A DNA stretch of 64,000 nt from Thiomicrospira sp. (GCF_014859555.1 NZ_JACUTY010000005.1:1462-65461), one strand, 5' to 3'. Shown: positions 50,247 to 59,409, counted from the first letter of the stretch. Program-made: numbers and translations. Notes: generated by a model not told the origin, from the letters alone.

Positions 50247-52444
50247 CAGTGTCCATCCGCGTTAAGTTTTGAGAGTGTGATTACAAAGCAGGTACCCTCG
50301 TTATTACTGGCTTGTAATTCAATCTGTCCGTTGAGCTCTTCGACAATTTTTTTAACAATGGCTAACCCCAATCCGGTACCTTTGGGTTTGTCGGTGGCGT
50401 AGGGTTCGAAAATCCAGTTGACGGCTTGCTCTGGGATGCCGGGCCCATTATCAATTACTTGGATTGTAATCTTATCAGGCTGCGCTGCACAATCGGTGAT
50501 AATTTGTACCTTCGCAACATCGGACTCCTCAGTGGCTTCAAGTGCGTTTTTAATCAGGTTATGAAACAGCTGCCGCAAACGAGACGCGTCCGCCAGAATA
50601 GCCGGGCATTCTGGATCAAACTTAAGTTCAATGATGCCGTCGTCATGTGGTGTCTGATACAAGGATACAATATCCAAAATCAGTTCATTTAAATCCAGCA
50701 GCTGCAGCTGCATTTCCGGCGTATGAGCATAATCGATAAAGGCTTGAACCAATGTTTGCATGGTATCGACCTGGTCGACAATGGTGCGTGTCATGCGCTC
50801 AAGAAAGGCCGCATCGTCGGGTTGAAGTTTATTAGTCAGCTTAAACTCTAGCCTTTCCGCGCTCAACTGAATCGGTGTCAGCGGGTTTTTAATTTCATGC
50901 GCTAAACGACGAGCCACATCACTCCAGGCGGCGTGTAACTGAGCTTGAACCAGTTCAGTAATATCATCCAGTACAATGACAAATCCGCCAATTTTTTGGT
51001 CGATGCTCGGCAAGGTTGAGCCATGCAACAGAATTATGCGTTGCTGGTTATGATGTTGAATCGTGACTTGCTCGCTCCAGGGCCGCGCATCCATTTGCAT
51101 TAAATTCGAGTTTTCAAAGCGGGGCATCATGGCATCAAAAAAAGGCTTAAGGTGCGGGGTGTCGGCCTGATCCATAATGTCGCAAAACCGCTCACCCACT
51201 AGCGGTTGCAAATTAATGCCGAGTATCTGACTGGCCTTATCGTTAATGGTGCGCAAACGTCGATTCATATCCAGTGTGACCACGCCATTGGTTAGGTTGC
51301 GGATCACGGCCTGGAAATACAAACGCTGTACTTCGGTTTGTTGATGGTTAATTTTTATATCATTACGAGCCTTCGCGACCTGGCCGATCATGTCGTTAAA
51401 AGACTGAATTAAGGTACCAAATTCATCATCTCGATCCACCTGCATTTTGGTGCTGTAATCACCTTGTGCTACGCGCTGTGTACCCTGGGCCAAATATCGA
51501 ATCGGTCGGGTTAAATTTTGGGCGGCTTGCACCATAAACAATAAGGCACTGACTAAAGTCAGCAATAACACCATGGATAAGATTAAGGTAAAACTGGTTT
51601 TTAACGGTGCACGTAAATAGTTTAGTTCGTGATACTGGCTTTGGGCCAAACGCACCGACTGCGCATAGCGCGTGATGTTTTCAGGGATATTAAAAATAAC
51701 CTGCAATGGAAGCACTTGGTTTGAAAATGGGTTAAATACCGGAATTAATATTCGGACAATTTGTTGGTTGGTGGGGCTGAGTGTTTCGACGGCGGCGTAG
51801 CTATGACGTTGGCGCAGCTGCTGAAATAAGTTGTCACCCGGTTGATTCGGCAGGCTTTGATCACCAAAACTATTGCTATAGGCAATTAACTGACCGTTAG
51901 ATTGATACAGGGCGACTTCTTGTGCGCCCAGTTTATTGCGCAACTGGCTTACTGAATAGGCCGGGCGTTGAGCTAAAAAAGGCCGTAAGGATTCTTCGGC
52001 ACGCAGGGTGGCATTTAAACTATCGCGTGTTAAATTATCTAGATTGGCGCGCACCAGTGCACTAGCATCACTGAGAGCTTGTTCGGTTCGGACATCAAAC
52101 CACTGATCAATGCTTTGGTGTACCAAGCTGACCGAAAAATAAAACAAAGTCATAATCGGGAAGGCCAGTAACAGCGTCAGGGTGCTGGTAATTTTAACCG
52201 TGGTGCGGATGCCGGATACATTTTGTTTATACTGACGATAGAGCTTAAGTAGGGTACGAATCAACAAGGTTAACAGGATAAGTGTGCCTATCATGCTAAA
52301 GGCCAGTAAGCCAATATAGTACTCAACAAACTCGGGAGCGTTTTGTAGGATTTGGTGCATAATGAACAACGAGCTCAGTAATAGCCCGGTCACAATGGCC
52401 AACCAACCATACTGTTTCAGAAATAAGCGTGTTTTCACATTCAT
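50246..52444 (-). CDS. ntrY: NtrY-like PAS/HAMP sensor histidine kinase
   Basis: AWSDVARRLAHEIKNPLTPIQLS, NLIKNALEA, DNGPG and GTGLGL. Confidence 0.88.
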   Translation of the reverse strand: MNVKTRLFLKQYGWLAIVTGLLLSSLFIMHQILQNAPEFVEYYIGLLAFSMIGTLILLTLLIRTLLKLYRQYKQNVSGIRTTVKITSTLTLLLAFPIMTLFYFSVSLVHQSIDQWFDVRTEQALSDASALVRANLDNLTRDSLNATLRAEESLRPFLAQRPAYSVSQLRNKLGAQEVALYQSNGQLIAYSNSFGDQSLPNQPGDNLFQQLRQRHSYAAVETLSPTNQQIVRILIPVFNPFSNQVLPLQVIFNIPENITRYAQSVRLAQSQYHELNYLRAPLKTSFTLILSMVLLLTLVSALLFMVQAAQNLTRPIRYLAQGTQRVAQGDYSTKMQVDRDDEFGTLIQSFNDMIGQVAKARNDIKINHQQTEVQRLYFQAVIRNLTNGVVTLDMNRRLRTINDKASQILGINLQPLVGERFCDIMDQADTPHLKPFFDAMMPRFENSNLMQMDARPWSEQVTIQHHNQQRIILLHGSTLPSIDQKIGGFVIVLDDITELVQAQLHAAWSDVARRLAHEIKNPLTPIQLSAERLEFKLTNKLQPDDAAFLERMTRTIVDQVDTMQTLVQAFIDYAHTPEMQLQLLDLNELILDIVSLYQTPHDDGIIELKFDPECPAILADASRLRQLFHNLIKNALEATEESDVAKVQIITDCAAQPDKITIQVIDNGPGIPEQAVNWIFEPYATDKPKGTGLGLAIVKKIVEELNGQIELQASNNEGTCFVITLSKLNADGH

Positions 52445-53010
52445 CGGCGCCGTCCTGTTTGCACATCAAGCTCAAACCATTCACTTTTAAAGCGCCAATC
52501 CGCATCCAGCAAGGCTTGTGTAAACATGGGAGCCGGTAAGCTCCAATAGTTCAAACGAAAACGCAGTTTTAGTTTATAACGCAAACCTGAATGCAGTTGG
52601 TTTAAGCTGGTAATCGGGAAGTTTTGGATTTCGCCCAGCGTCGCTAAGGCCGGTTCTAATTGGCTAAAGTACAGGATGTTTTGATTACGCAAATTATGAA
52701 GTTTGTAGCGCCGATCATAATGCGAATAGGACAGCTCGGTGGTGTAATCGATTCGGGTTTGCTGACTGTTATAGGGAAAAATAAAGATCTGGTCGCGGCG
52801 GGTTAATTCGATTTGCGTAATAAACTGGATAGGAATTTCATGCTGGATGGCCTCCACTACTTTTTCAGATAATTGGATGTGGGCTTTGGCATCCATGTAA
52901 AGCGTGCTTTCAAACTGTTTATCGACTAATTCTAGCAGGGTTATTTGTGACCAAGCCGGTTGAGCGGCCAGCATGAATAAGATACTCACTAAGCCACCTA
53001 GGCATTTCAT
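52441..53010 (-). CDS. DUF4390 family exported protein
   Basis: Signal peptide; conserved position between rsmB and ntrY; LPAPM...W motif. Confidence 0.75.
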   Translation of the reverse strand: MKCLGGLVSILFMLAAQPAWSQITLLELVDKQFESTLYMDAKAHIQLSEKVVEAIQHEIPIQFITQIELTRRDQIFIFPYNSQQTRIDYTTELSYSHYDRRYKLHNLRNQNILYFSQLEPALATLGEIQNFPITSLNQLHSGLRYKLKLRFRLNYWSLPAPMFTQALLDADWRFKSEWFELDVQTGRRR

Positions 53011-54314
53011 GCCGTAATATCCGCTTTGTGGAGTAAGGCATAATAAAAGCCATCCATGCCCTCTTCACCAGGTAGGATTTGTTTACCAATCTCGCCTTGC
53101 CCCCAGTCGCCAGCCATGGATTGCAATTGAGCATCGTTTTGGCGCTGCAAAAAGGCCGCAATTTGCTGTGTATTTTCTTGCGGTAACACCGAACAGGTGG
53201 CATAAAGCAATTGGCCGCCAGGTTTCAGTGTTTGCCAAAGTTGATCTAATAAATGCGCTTGAATCACGACCAAGGCCTCAATATCTTCTGGACGACGGTG
53301 ATGTTTGATATCTGGATGGCGCCGAATAATACCGGTCGCCGAGCAGGGCGCATCCAGCAATATCTGATCGAAGGGTTGGCCGTCCCACCAGGTTTCAATA
53401 TCGCCCGCATCGGCCACTTTCGTGTGCACATCAAGCTGAAGGCGCGCCAAGTTTTCCTGCAAACGTGGCAACCGATCGGCTTGTTTTTCAAGGGCCAACA
53501 ACCAGGCCTGGTTATCACAAAATTCAAGTAAATGTCCGGTTTTACCGCCGGGGGCAGCACAGGCATCTAACAGGCGCATGCCCGCTTGTGGCTGTAAAAT
53601 CAACGCAGCTTGTTGCGCGGCGATATCTTGCACACTAAAACCACCCTGTTCAAAACTCGGTAATTGGCTGATATCTACCGGACTGGTTAAAGCAATACCG
53701 ACTGGGCTAAGAGGGTGCGCATGAGCTGAAACCCCGACTTCGTTTAGTTGGCTTAAAAAGACATCACGTGTTTGCACACGTTGGTTCACTCGTAAAGTTA
53801 ACGGAGCCGTTTGATTGTTTTGTTGCAAAATTTGTTCATATTGATCTGGGTAAGCCTGTTTTAAATTCTTAACTAGCCAGGCTGGGTGGGAGGTTTGCAT
53901 GCCAATGTCATTAGGTAGCTTGGATAAAATGGCTTCTCTGTCACGTAGAAATGTACGTAAAACGCCGTTTAATAGACCACGAGCCCAAGGCTTTTTGAGC
54001 TTCTGACTTAAATTCACGGTTTCTGATACTGCCGCATGATCGGGCGTATCCAGATACAAAAGCTGATAAAGCGCGAGCAGAATTAAGCTGTTAATGTCTT
54101 CGTCTTTGGCTTTGAGTGGTTTGGCTAATAATTGATCACGCACCGCAACTAAACGCTGGTACCAGCGCAAGCAGCCAAACACCAGGTTTTGGGTAAAAGC
54201 TCGATCGCGCCGATCGGAAATAGCCTGTAAGGCATTCGGCAAAGCTTGGCTAAGTGATTGACCCTGGTGAGTCACATTTAACAACGCATTAAGAGCAGCA
54301 CGACGTGGATTCAT
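53007..54314 (-). CDS. rsmB: 16S rRNA m5C967 methyltransferase
   Basis: NusB-like N-terminus, DACAAPGGKT, LDAPCSATG and YATCS. Confidence 0.96.
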   Translation of the reverse strand: MNPRRAALNALLNVTHQGQSLSQALPNALQAISDRRDRAFTQNLVFGCLRWYQRLVAVRDQLLAKPLKAKDEDINSLILLALYQLLYLDTPDHAAVSETVNLSQKLKKPWARGLLNGVLRTFLRDREAILSKLPNDIGMQTSHPAWLVKNLKQAYPDQYEQILQQNNQTAPLTLRVNQRVQTRDVFLSQLNEVGVSAHAHPLSPVGIALTSPVDISQLPSFEQGGFSVQDIAAQQAALILQPQAGMRLLDACAAPGGKTGHLLEFCDNQAWLLALEKQADRLPRLQENLARLQLDVHTKVADAGDIETWWDGQPFDQILLDAPCSATGIIRRHPDIKHHRRPEDIEALVVIQAHLLDQLWQTLKPGGQLLYATCSVLPQENTQQIAAFLQRQNDAQLQSMAGDWGQGEIGKQILPGEEGMDGFYYALLHKADITA

Positions 54315-54326
54315 AAGGACCTAAAA

Positions 54327-55253
54327 TTAAATAAGCGTTTTGCCGATGACATTGCGCGCTTGGCAAAAGTCATAGGCCGACATAGGTTTTTTACCCGCCG
54401 GTTGCAACTGCGTAATACGCACCAAGCCTTCGCCCGCCATTACGTCCACACCGAGTTTTTCTAATAAAATCATTTCGCCGGGTTTGTCGTGTTTGGGACC
54501 GTCTAAGGCTTGTGCTTGTAAAATACGCAAAGGCTGGCCGTCAAAATGCGTGAAGGCCATCGGCCAAGGATTAAATGCATGAATTCGACGTACGATGTGC
54601 TGGGCGGATAAAGACCAATCAATTTCGGCTTCGGCTTTAGTCAGCTTGGCGGCATAGCAGGCCTGGTGGTCTTGCTGTGCTTCTGGGTTAAGCTGAATAA
54701 GTTTTGCCAGTGTGTCTAATAAAGCTTGTGCGCCCATCGGAGCTAGGCGGTCATGCAGTGTGTGGGCCGTATCATTCGGTCGAATATCGGTTTCGAGCTT
54801 ATACAACATAGCACCCGTATCTAAGCCGGCATCCATTTGCATAATGGTAATGCCAGTTTGTTGATCCCCGGCTTCAATCGCGCGTTGAATCGGCGCCGCA
54901 CCACGCCAGCGAGGTAACAAGGAGGCGTGAATGTTTAGACAGCCTAGCTTGGGTGTGTCTAGCACCGTTTGCGGTAGAATCAAGCCATAAGCCACCACCA
55001 CCATAATATCCGCATTTAACGCGGCCAACTCAGTTTGGGCTTCGGGTGTTTTAAGGCTTTCGGGTTGAAATACAGGCAGATTGTGTGCGAGCGCGAGTTG
55101 TTTGACTGGGCTGGGCGTGAGTTTTCGACCACGACCCGCTGGACGGTCAGGTTGGGTATAAACCCCGACCACTTGATGCGCTGAATCCAATAAGGCTTGC
55201 AAAGGCGCGACCGAAAACTCTGGTGTACCAGCAAAAATAATTCGATAACTCAT
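54327..55253 (-). CDS. fmt: Methionyl-tRNA formyltransferase
   Basis: FAGTPEF, QPDRPAGRG and NIHASLLPRWRGAAPI. ATG at 55253. Confidence 0.97.
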   Translation of the reverse strand: MSYRIIFAGTPEFSVAPLQALLDSAHQVVGVYTQPDRPAGRGRKLTPSPVKQLALAHNLPVFQPESLKTPEAQTELAALNADIMVVVAYGLILPQTVLDTPKLGCLNIHASLLPRWRGAAPIQRAIEAGDQQTGITIMQMDAGLDTGAMLYKLETDIRPNDTAHTLHDRLAPMGAQALLDTLAKLIQLNPEAQQDHQACYAAKLTKAEAEIDWSLSAQHIVRRIHAFNPWPMAFTHFDGQPLRILQAQALDGPKHDKPGEMILLEKLGVDVMAGEGLVRITQLQPAGKKPMSAYDFCQARNVIGKTLI

Positions 55254-55280
55254 AAGCGCTCCTTTCAAGTGATGCCGTAT

Positions 55281-55793
55281 TTAAACGTTTGTGTTGGCTT
55301 CGGCTTGCAGTTTTTTGTATTTTTGCAAAATACGAGTACGTTTTAGGCCGGACAAGTGGTCTACAAACAGTTTACCATTTAAGTGGTCAATTTCATGCTG
55401 TATGCAGATGGCCATTAAATCGAAGGCTTCCATTTCAATCATTTGTCCATCACGATCCATCGCGCGTACCAAAATATCGCTTGGCCGATCCACGTGTGCA
55501 TAAATTCCGGGCAAAGATAAACAGCCTTCTTCCCAAGTGATTTGTCCGGCGCTACGCACAATCTCCGGATTAATCAGCGCGATGGGCTGGTTTTTGTCTT
55601 CCGACACATCTACTACAATAACACGTTGTTGCACGGCCACCTGTGGCGCGGCTAAGCCAATGCCTGGCGCGTCGTACATGGTGTAAAACATATCATCAAT
55701 CAGGCGATCTAAATCGTCCGTCATTTCCGGCACGGGCGCGCACACTTCGCGCAGGCCTTCATCCGGGAATAAAACAAGGTTGAGTTTTTGCAT
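55281..55793 (-). CDS. def: Peptide deformylase
   Basis: GIGLAAPQ, EGCLS and HEIDH. Confidence 0.97.
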   Translation of the reverse strand: MQKLNLVLFPDEGLREVCAPVPEMTDDLDRLIDDMFYTMYDAPGIGLAAPQVAVQQRVIVVDVSEDKNQPIALINPEIVRSAGQITWEEGCLSLPGIYAHVDRPSDILVRAMDRDGQMIEMEAFDLMAICIQHEIDHLNGKLFVDHLSGLKRTRILQKYKKLQAEANTNV

Positions 55794-55855
55794 GGAATAG
55801 TTACTTTTAGGTTTATACTTGAAACTTTACGGAATCCAAGCATTATAGCGAATTT

Positions 55856-56968
55856 ATGAATAAAAATGCCGACAATACCGAGCTGACCCTTTGGCTGCGA
55901 CTTCATTTGGCTTATTTAAGCGCCAAGCAGGTTCAGCGGGTTGTGAATCATATAGGTGACTTCGCGCAATTGGCGTATACTCAACGTTCAGACTGGTTGC
56001 CAGTGCCCAAAATTACTGAGAAGCAGGCCGATGCGTTTTTTCAGGTAGAAGAGGCGCAAATTCAACAAGCCTTAGACTGGGCGCAGCAACCCAATCACCA
56101 TATTGTTACGCTAGACGATGACGCTTTTCCAGAGCTGTTGCGCGAAATTTCTGACCCACCCATTTTATTGTATGTGCGCGGTGATTTGAGCTTGTTAAAA
56201 AGTCCGCAACTAGCGGTGGTTGGCAGTCGTCACGCATCACGCCAAGGCCTGCAAATTGCAGAAGACTTTGGTGAGCACCTGTCTCGCGTCGGCTTGTGTA
56301 TCACGAGTGGTTTAGCGCATGGCATAGACGCCGCCGCCCATCGCGGTGGCTTGCGTGGACAAGGTCAAACTTTAGCCGTGGTGGGCACGGGGTTAGACCG
56401 AATTTATCCGGCCGCCAATCAAAACTTAGCACGCCAAATTGCCGAGCAAGGTGCGATTGTTTCGGAATATCCACTTGGTACTCGACCTTTGGCACAGAAT
56501 TTTCCTAAACGTAATCGAGTGATCAGCGGCATGTCCACTGGCTGTTTGGTGGTGGAGGCGGCCTTAAAAAGTGGCTCTCTCATTACCGCTCGTCAGGCCA
56601 TGGAACAAGGGCGCGAAGTATTTGCGGTTCCGGGTTCAATCAATAACTCGTTGGCGAAAGGTTGTCATCAATTGATTAAACAAGGCGCCAAACTGGTCGA
56701 GTCGGCGCAAGACGTGTTGGAAGAGTTGGCCCCTTTGGTAGCCTTCAGTTGGGATAACGATAACACCAAGCCTGAAACATCAGCACCAGGCCTGGTCGAA
56801 CAAACAAAACATCCGTTATTGGCGGTGGTGGAGTACGAGCCGATAAGTTTAGATGAGTTGGTGGTGATGACAAAAATGGCCGCATCGGATATCCAGGCTC
56901 AAATGATGATTCTGGAACTCAGTGGTCAAGTGGAGTCCCTTTCAGCCGGACGCTGGCGACGCATATAG
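55856..56968 (+). CDS. dprA: DNA-processing protein DprA
   Basis: AVVGSR, SGLAHGID, FPKRNR, SGSLITA and REVFAVPG; C-terminal winged helix. Confidence 0.96.
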   Translation: MNKNADNTELTLWLRLHLAYLSAKQVQRVVNHIGDFAQLAYTQRSDWLPVPKITEKQADAFFQVEEAQIQQALDWAQQPNHHIVTLDDDAFPELLREISDPPILLYVRGDLSLLKSPQLAVVGSRHASRQGLQIAEDFGEHLSRVGLCITSGLAHGIDAAAHRGGLRGQGQTLAVVGTGLDRIYPAANQNLARQIAEQGAIVSEYPLGTRPLAQNFPKRNRVISGMSTGCLVVEAALKSGSLITARQAMEQGREVFAVPGSINNSLAKGCHQLIKQGAKLVESAQDVLEELAPLVAFSWDNDNTKPETSAPGLVEQTKHPLLAVVEYEPISLDELVVMTKMAASDIQAQMMILELSGQVESLSAGRWRRI

Positions 56969-57051
56969 TCATCAGGTTTGCAGCTGAGGTGGATTTGGAT
57001 TATATTAAACATTAAAGCTTTCATTATTTTAATGAAACAAGGAGCGTTAAC

Positions 57052-57432
57052 ATGTTAAAGAAATGGACGAGTGCGGTATTGGCTTTAGCCTTTTTAGGTT
57101 TATCAACTATGCCGTTGCAAGCTGCGATGGTATCAACTGATGAATTAATTTCAACGCAACAAGCCCAAATGGACCGTGAATCTATCGCGGCTTTATTAGA
57201 TCGTGCTGATGTACAAGAAAAATTGGTCGCGATGGGTGTAACAGTCGGTGATGTTGAACAGCGTATTGCCTTAATGACAAACGCAGAAGTGGCACAACTG
57301 AACCAACAAATAGCCGACTTGCCAGCGGGTGAAGGTGTGGTTGGTATATTGGTGTTATTGTTTGTTATTTTCGTCGTCACGGATGTAATTGGCGCAACGA
57401 ATATTTTCCCGTTCATCAGACCGGTTCGTTAA
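57052..57432 (+). CDS. PA2779-family exported/membrane protein, copy 1
   Basis: Signal peptide, AMVSTDELI...VEQRIALMT...LPAG...TDVIG...FPF pattern; AGGAG RBS. Confidence 0.82.
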   Translation: MLKKWTSAVLALAFLGLSTMPLQAAMVSTDELISTQQAQMDRESIAALLDRADVQEKLVAMGVTVGDVEQRIALMTNAEVAQLNQQIADLPAGEGVVGILVLLFVIFVVTDVIGATNIFPFIRPVR

Positions 57433-57465
57433 TGTTCAGAAGATTTAGGGTTAAATGCTTTACTC

Positions 57466-57493
57466 ACCCAGCTTCGGCTGGGTTTTTTGTTTT
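57466..57493 (+). terminator. Intrinsic terminator after PA2779 copy 1
   Basis: ACCCAGC-ttcg-GCTGGGT followed by TTTTTGTTTT. Confidence 0.85.
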
Positions 57494-57638
57494 AGGGTTA
57501 TTGATCCTGACACCGGTTCGCAATCTATTTTAACTGGACGTTGGCGGCCCCTAGAGTTTACAGCTTGCGGTTTAAAAGAATAGGGTTTATATTTTATATG
57601 AAGTCTTCATAATTTTAATGAAGCAAGGAGCGTTAAAT

Positions 57639-58019
57639 ATGTTAAAGAAATGGACGAGTGCGGTATTGGCTTTAGCCTTTTTAGGTTTATCAACTATGCC
57701 GTTGCAAGCTGCGATGGTATCAACTGATGAATTAATTTCAACGCAACAAGCCCAAATGGACCGTGAATCTATCGCGGCTTTATTAGATCGTGCTGATGTA
57801 CAAGAAAAATTGGTCGCGATGGGTGTAACAGTCGGTGATGTTGAACAGCGTATTGCCTTAATGACAAACGCAGAAGTGGCACAGCTGAACCAGCAAATAG
57901 CCGATTTACCGGCGGGTGCGGATGTGGTTAGCGTGCTGGGGTTATTGTTTATTATTTTCGTGATAACAGACGTGTTTGGTTTAACGAATGTTTTCTCTTT
58001 TATTAGACCGGTTCGTTAA
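57639..58019 (+). CDS. PA2779-family protein, copy 2 (tandem duplicate)
   Basis: First 245 nt identical to copy 1; ATG at 57639 after AGGAG. Confidence 0.82.
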   Translation: MLKKWTSAVLALAFLGLSTMPLQAAMVSTDELISTQQAQMDRESIAALLDRADVQEKLVAMGVTVGDVEQRIALMTNAEVAQLNQQIADLPAGADVVSVLGLLFIIFVITDVFGLTNVFSFIRPVR

Positions 58020-59026
58020 TGTTCAGCAGATTTAATGCCATACACACCCAGCTTCGGCTGGGTGTTTTGTTTATGGGAATTTTAGGTTTGTCAGTTCTGA
58101 CTGGTTGCGCCACTAGTCCGCAAACGCAGCAATTGATAACGCAACCCTCCGCAACATTCAAAGCAACCGAGTTAACAGCCGTGCCTTTTTTTCCACAAAC
58201 CGAATATCAGTGTGGTCCGGCGGCTTTAGCGACCGTGATGCAATACCGTGGGCGAGAAGTGTTTCCAGATGATTTGGTAAGCCAGGTTTATATTCCAGAA
58301 AAAAAAGGCAGTCTGCAAATTGAAATGATCGCGGCCACACGCAAGCAAGGTTTAATGCCTTATCCCTTGGCACCTAAACTATCGGCTTTACTCAGCGAAG
58401 TTGATGGGGGTAATCCGGTGTTGGTGATGCAGAATTTGGGGCTAGATTGGTTTCCGGTTTGGCATTATGCGGTGGTGGTGGGTTATGATTTAGCAGAACA
58501 ACAGCTTGTTTTACGTTCGGCTGAAACTAAGCGTTGGATTAGTGATTTGTCAACGTTTGAACGTACCTGGCAGCGCAGTAATTATTGGGCGTTGGTGATG
58601 GTTAAGCCGGATCAGTTGCCCGCTACTGCCGAACCAGCCGCTTGGCTTAAAACCGCGTTTGAGCTTGAGCAGGTCGGGCAAACGACGGCCGCCGCTCAAG
58701 CTTATCAAGCCGGTTTAACTCAATGGCCGGATTCATTTGAAACCGGGTTGGCTTTAACCAACTTGCATTACAATCAGAAAAACTTTTCCCAAGCAGGTAC
58801 CGTTTTTGAATCCATGGTTTCGCAACATGGCTCAAATGCGATCCTATGGAATAACTGGGCTTATAATTTAAAAGCTCAATCCTGCATAATTCAAGCCAAA
58901 CAAGCCGCAGCTTGTGGGCTTAAACGTCAACCGGAGTTGATTAATATCCAATCCACTTGGTCCGAAATGCAAACCCTGTCGGAAAAAACTCAAGCGGCCA
59001 ACTGCCCCGTTATAAAATGCGATTAA
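58019..59026 (+). CDS. PA2778-family lipoprotein (C39-like cysteine peptidase + TPR)
   Basis: Lipobox LTGC, QCGPAALA (Cys), WHYAVV (His) and TPR-like C-terminus. Confidence 0.82.
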   Translation: MFSRFNAIHTQLRLGVLFMGILGLSVLTGCATSPQTQQLITQPSATFKATELTAVPFFPQTEYQCGPAALATVMQYRGREVFPDDLVSQVYIPEKKGSLQIEMIAATRKQGLMPYPLAPKLSALLSEVDGGNPVLVMQNLGLDWFPVWHYAVVVGYDLAEQQLVLRSAETKRWISDLSTFERTWQRSNYWALVMVKPDQLPATAEPAAWLKTAFELEQVGQTTAAAQAYQAGLTQWPDSFETGLALTNLHYNQKNFSQAGTVFESMVSQHGSNAILWNNWAYNLKAQSCIIQAKQAAACGLKRQPELINIQSTWSEMQTLSEKTQAANCPVIKCD

Positions 59027-59229
59027 CGCTGAGTGCTACCAGGCCTGGTGGTAATAAATCGAAGCTAATAGTTGTAAAACCAAACATTTGATCGCAATAT
59101 ATTTGGGTTTTTGCATCACAATGGTTACAATCGCGACAAATTACGGTGTAATGACTTTTTGATTTTTAATGTTTGCATTATGAATAAAATTTTTGCAGTC
59201 TTTATATAGAGCGTCATACACAAACATTA

Positions 59230-59389
59230 GGGCACCTCGATTAACCCCTGGTTGATTCTGCGGGGCTTAGCCAAGTTTCTCAGCTCTGCGTTGTGAACCT
59301 TTGCAAGGTCTAGACATTCCTTCAGGTTCACGCCTTGATCTGAAAAACTTGGCGTTGCCAGAATGAATCAGGGGTTAATCGAGGTGCCC
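59230..59389. mobile_element. 160-bp non-autonomous MITE-like palindromic element
   Basis: 21-bp perfect TIRs GGGCACCTCGATTAACCCCTG (59230-59250 / 59369-59389), flanked by direct ATTA repeats (59226-59229, 59390-59393), with nested internal inverted repeats. Confidence 0.75.
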
Positions 59390-59409
59390 ATTATATTTAA
59401 GGTTTATCA

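Noticed and set aside
59230-59389. Possible 6S RNA (long hairpin of similar size)
   Set aside because: Perfect terminal repeats with a flanking 4-bp duplication, no zapA/ygfA context and no clear central bubble. A MITE fits better; an Rfam scan would settle it.
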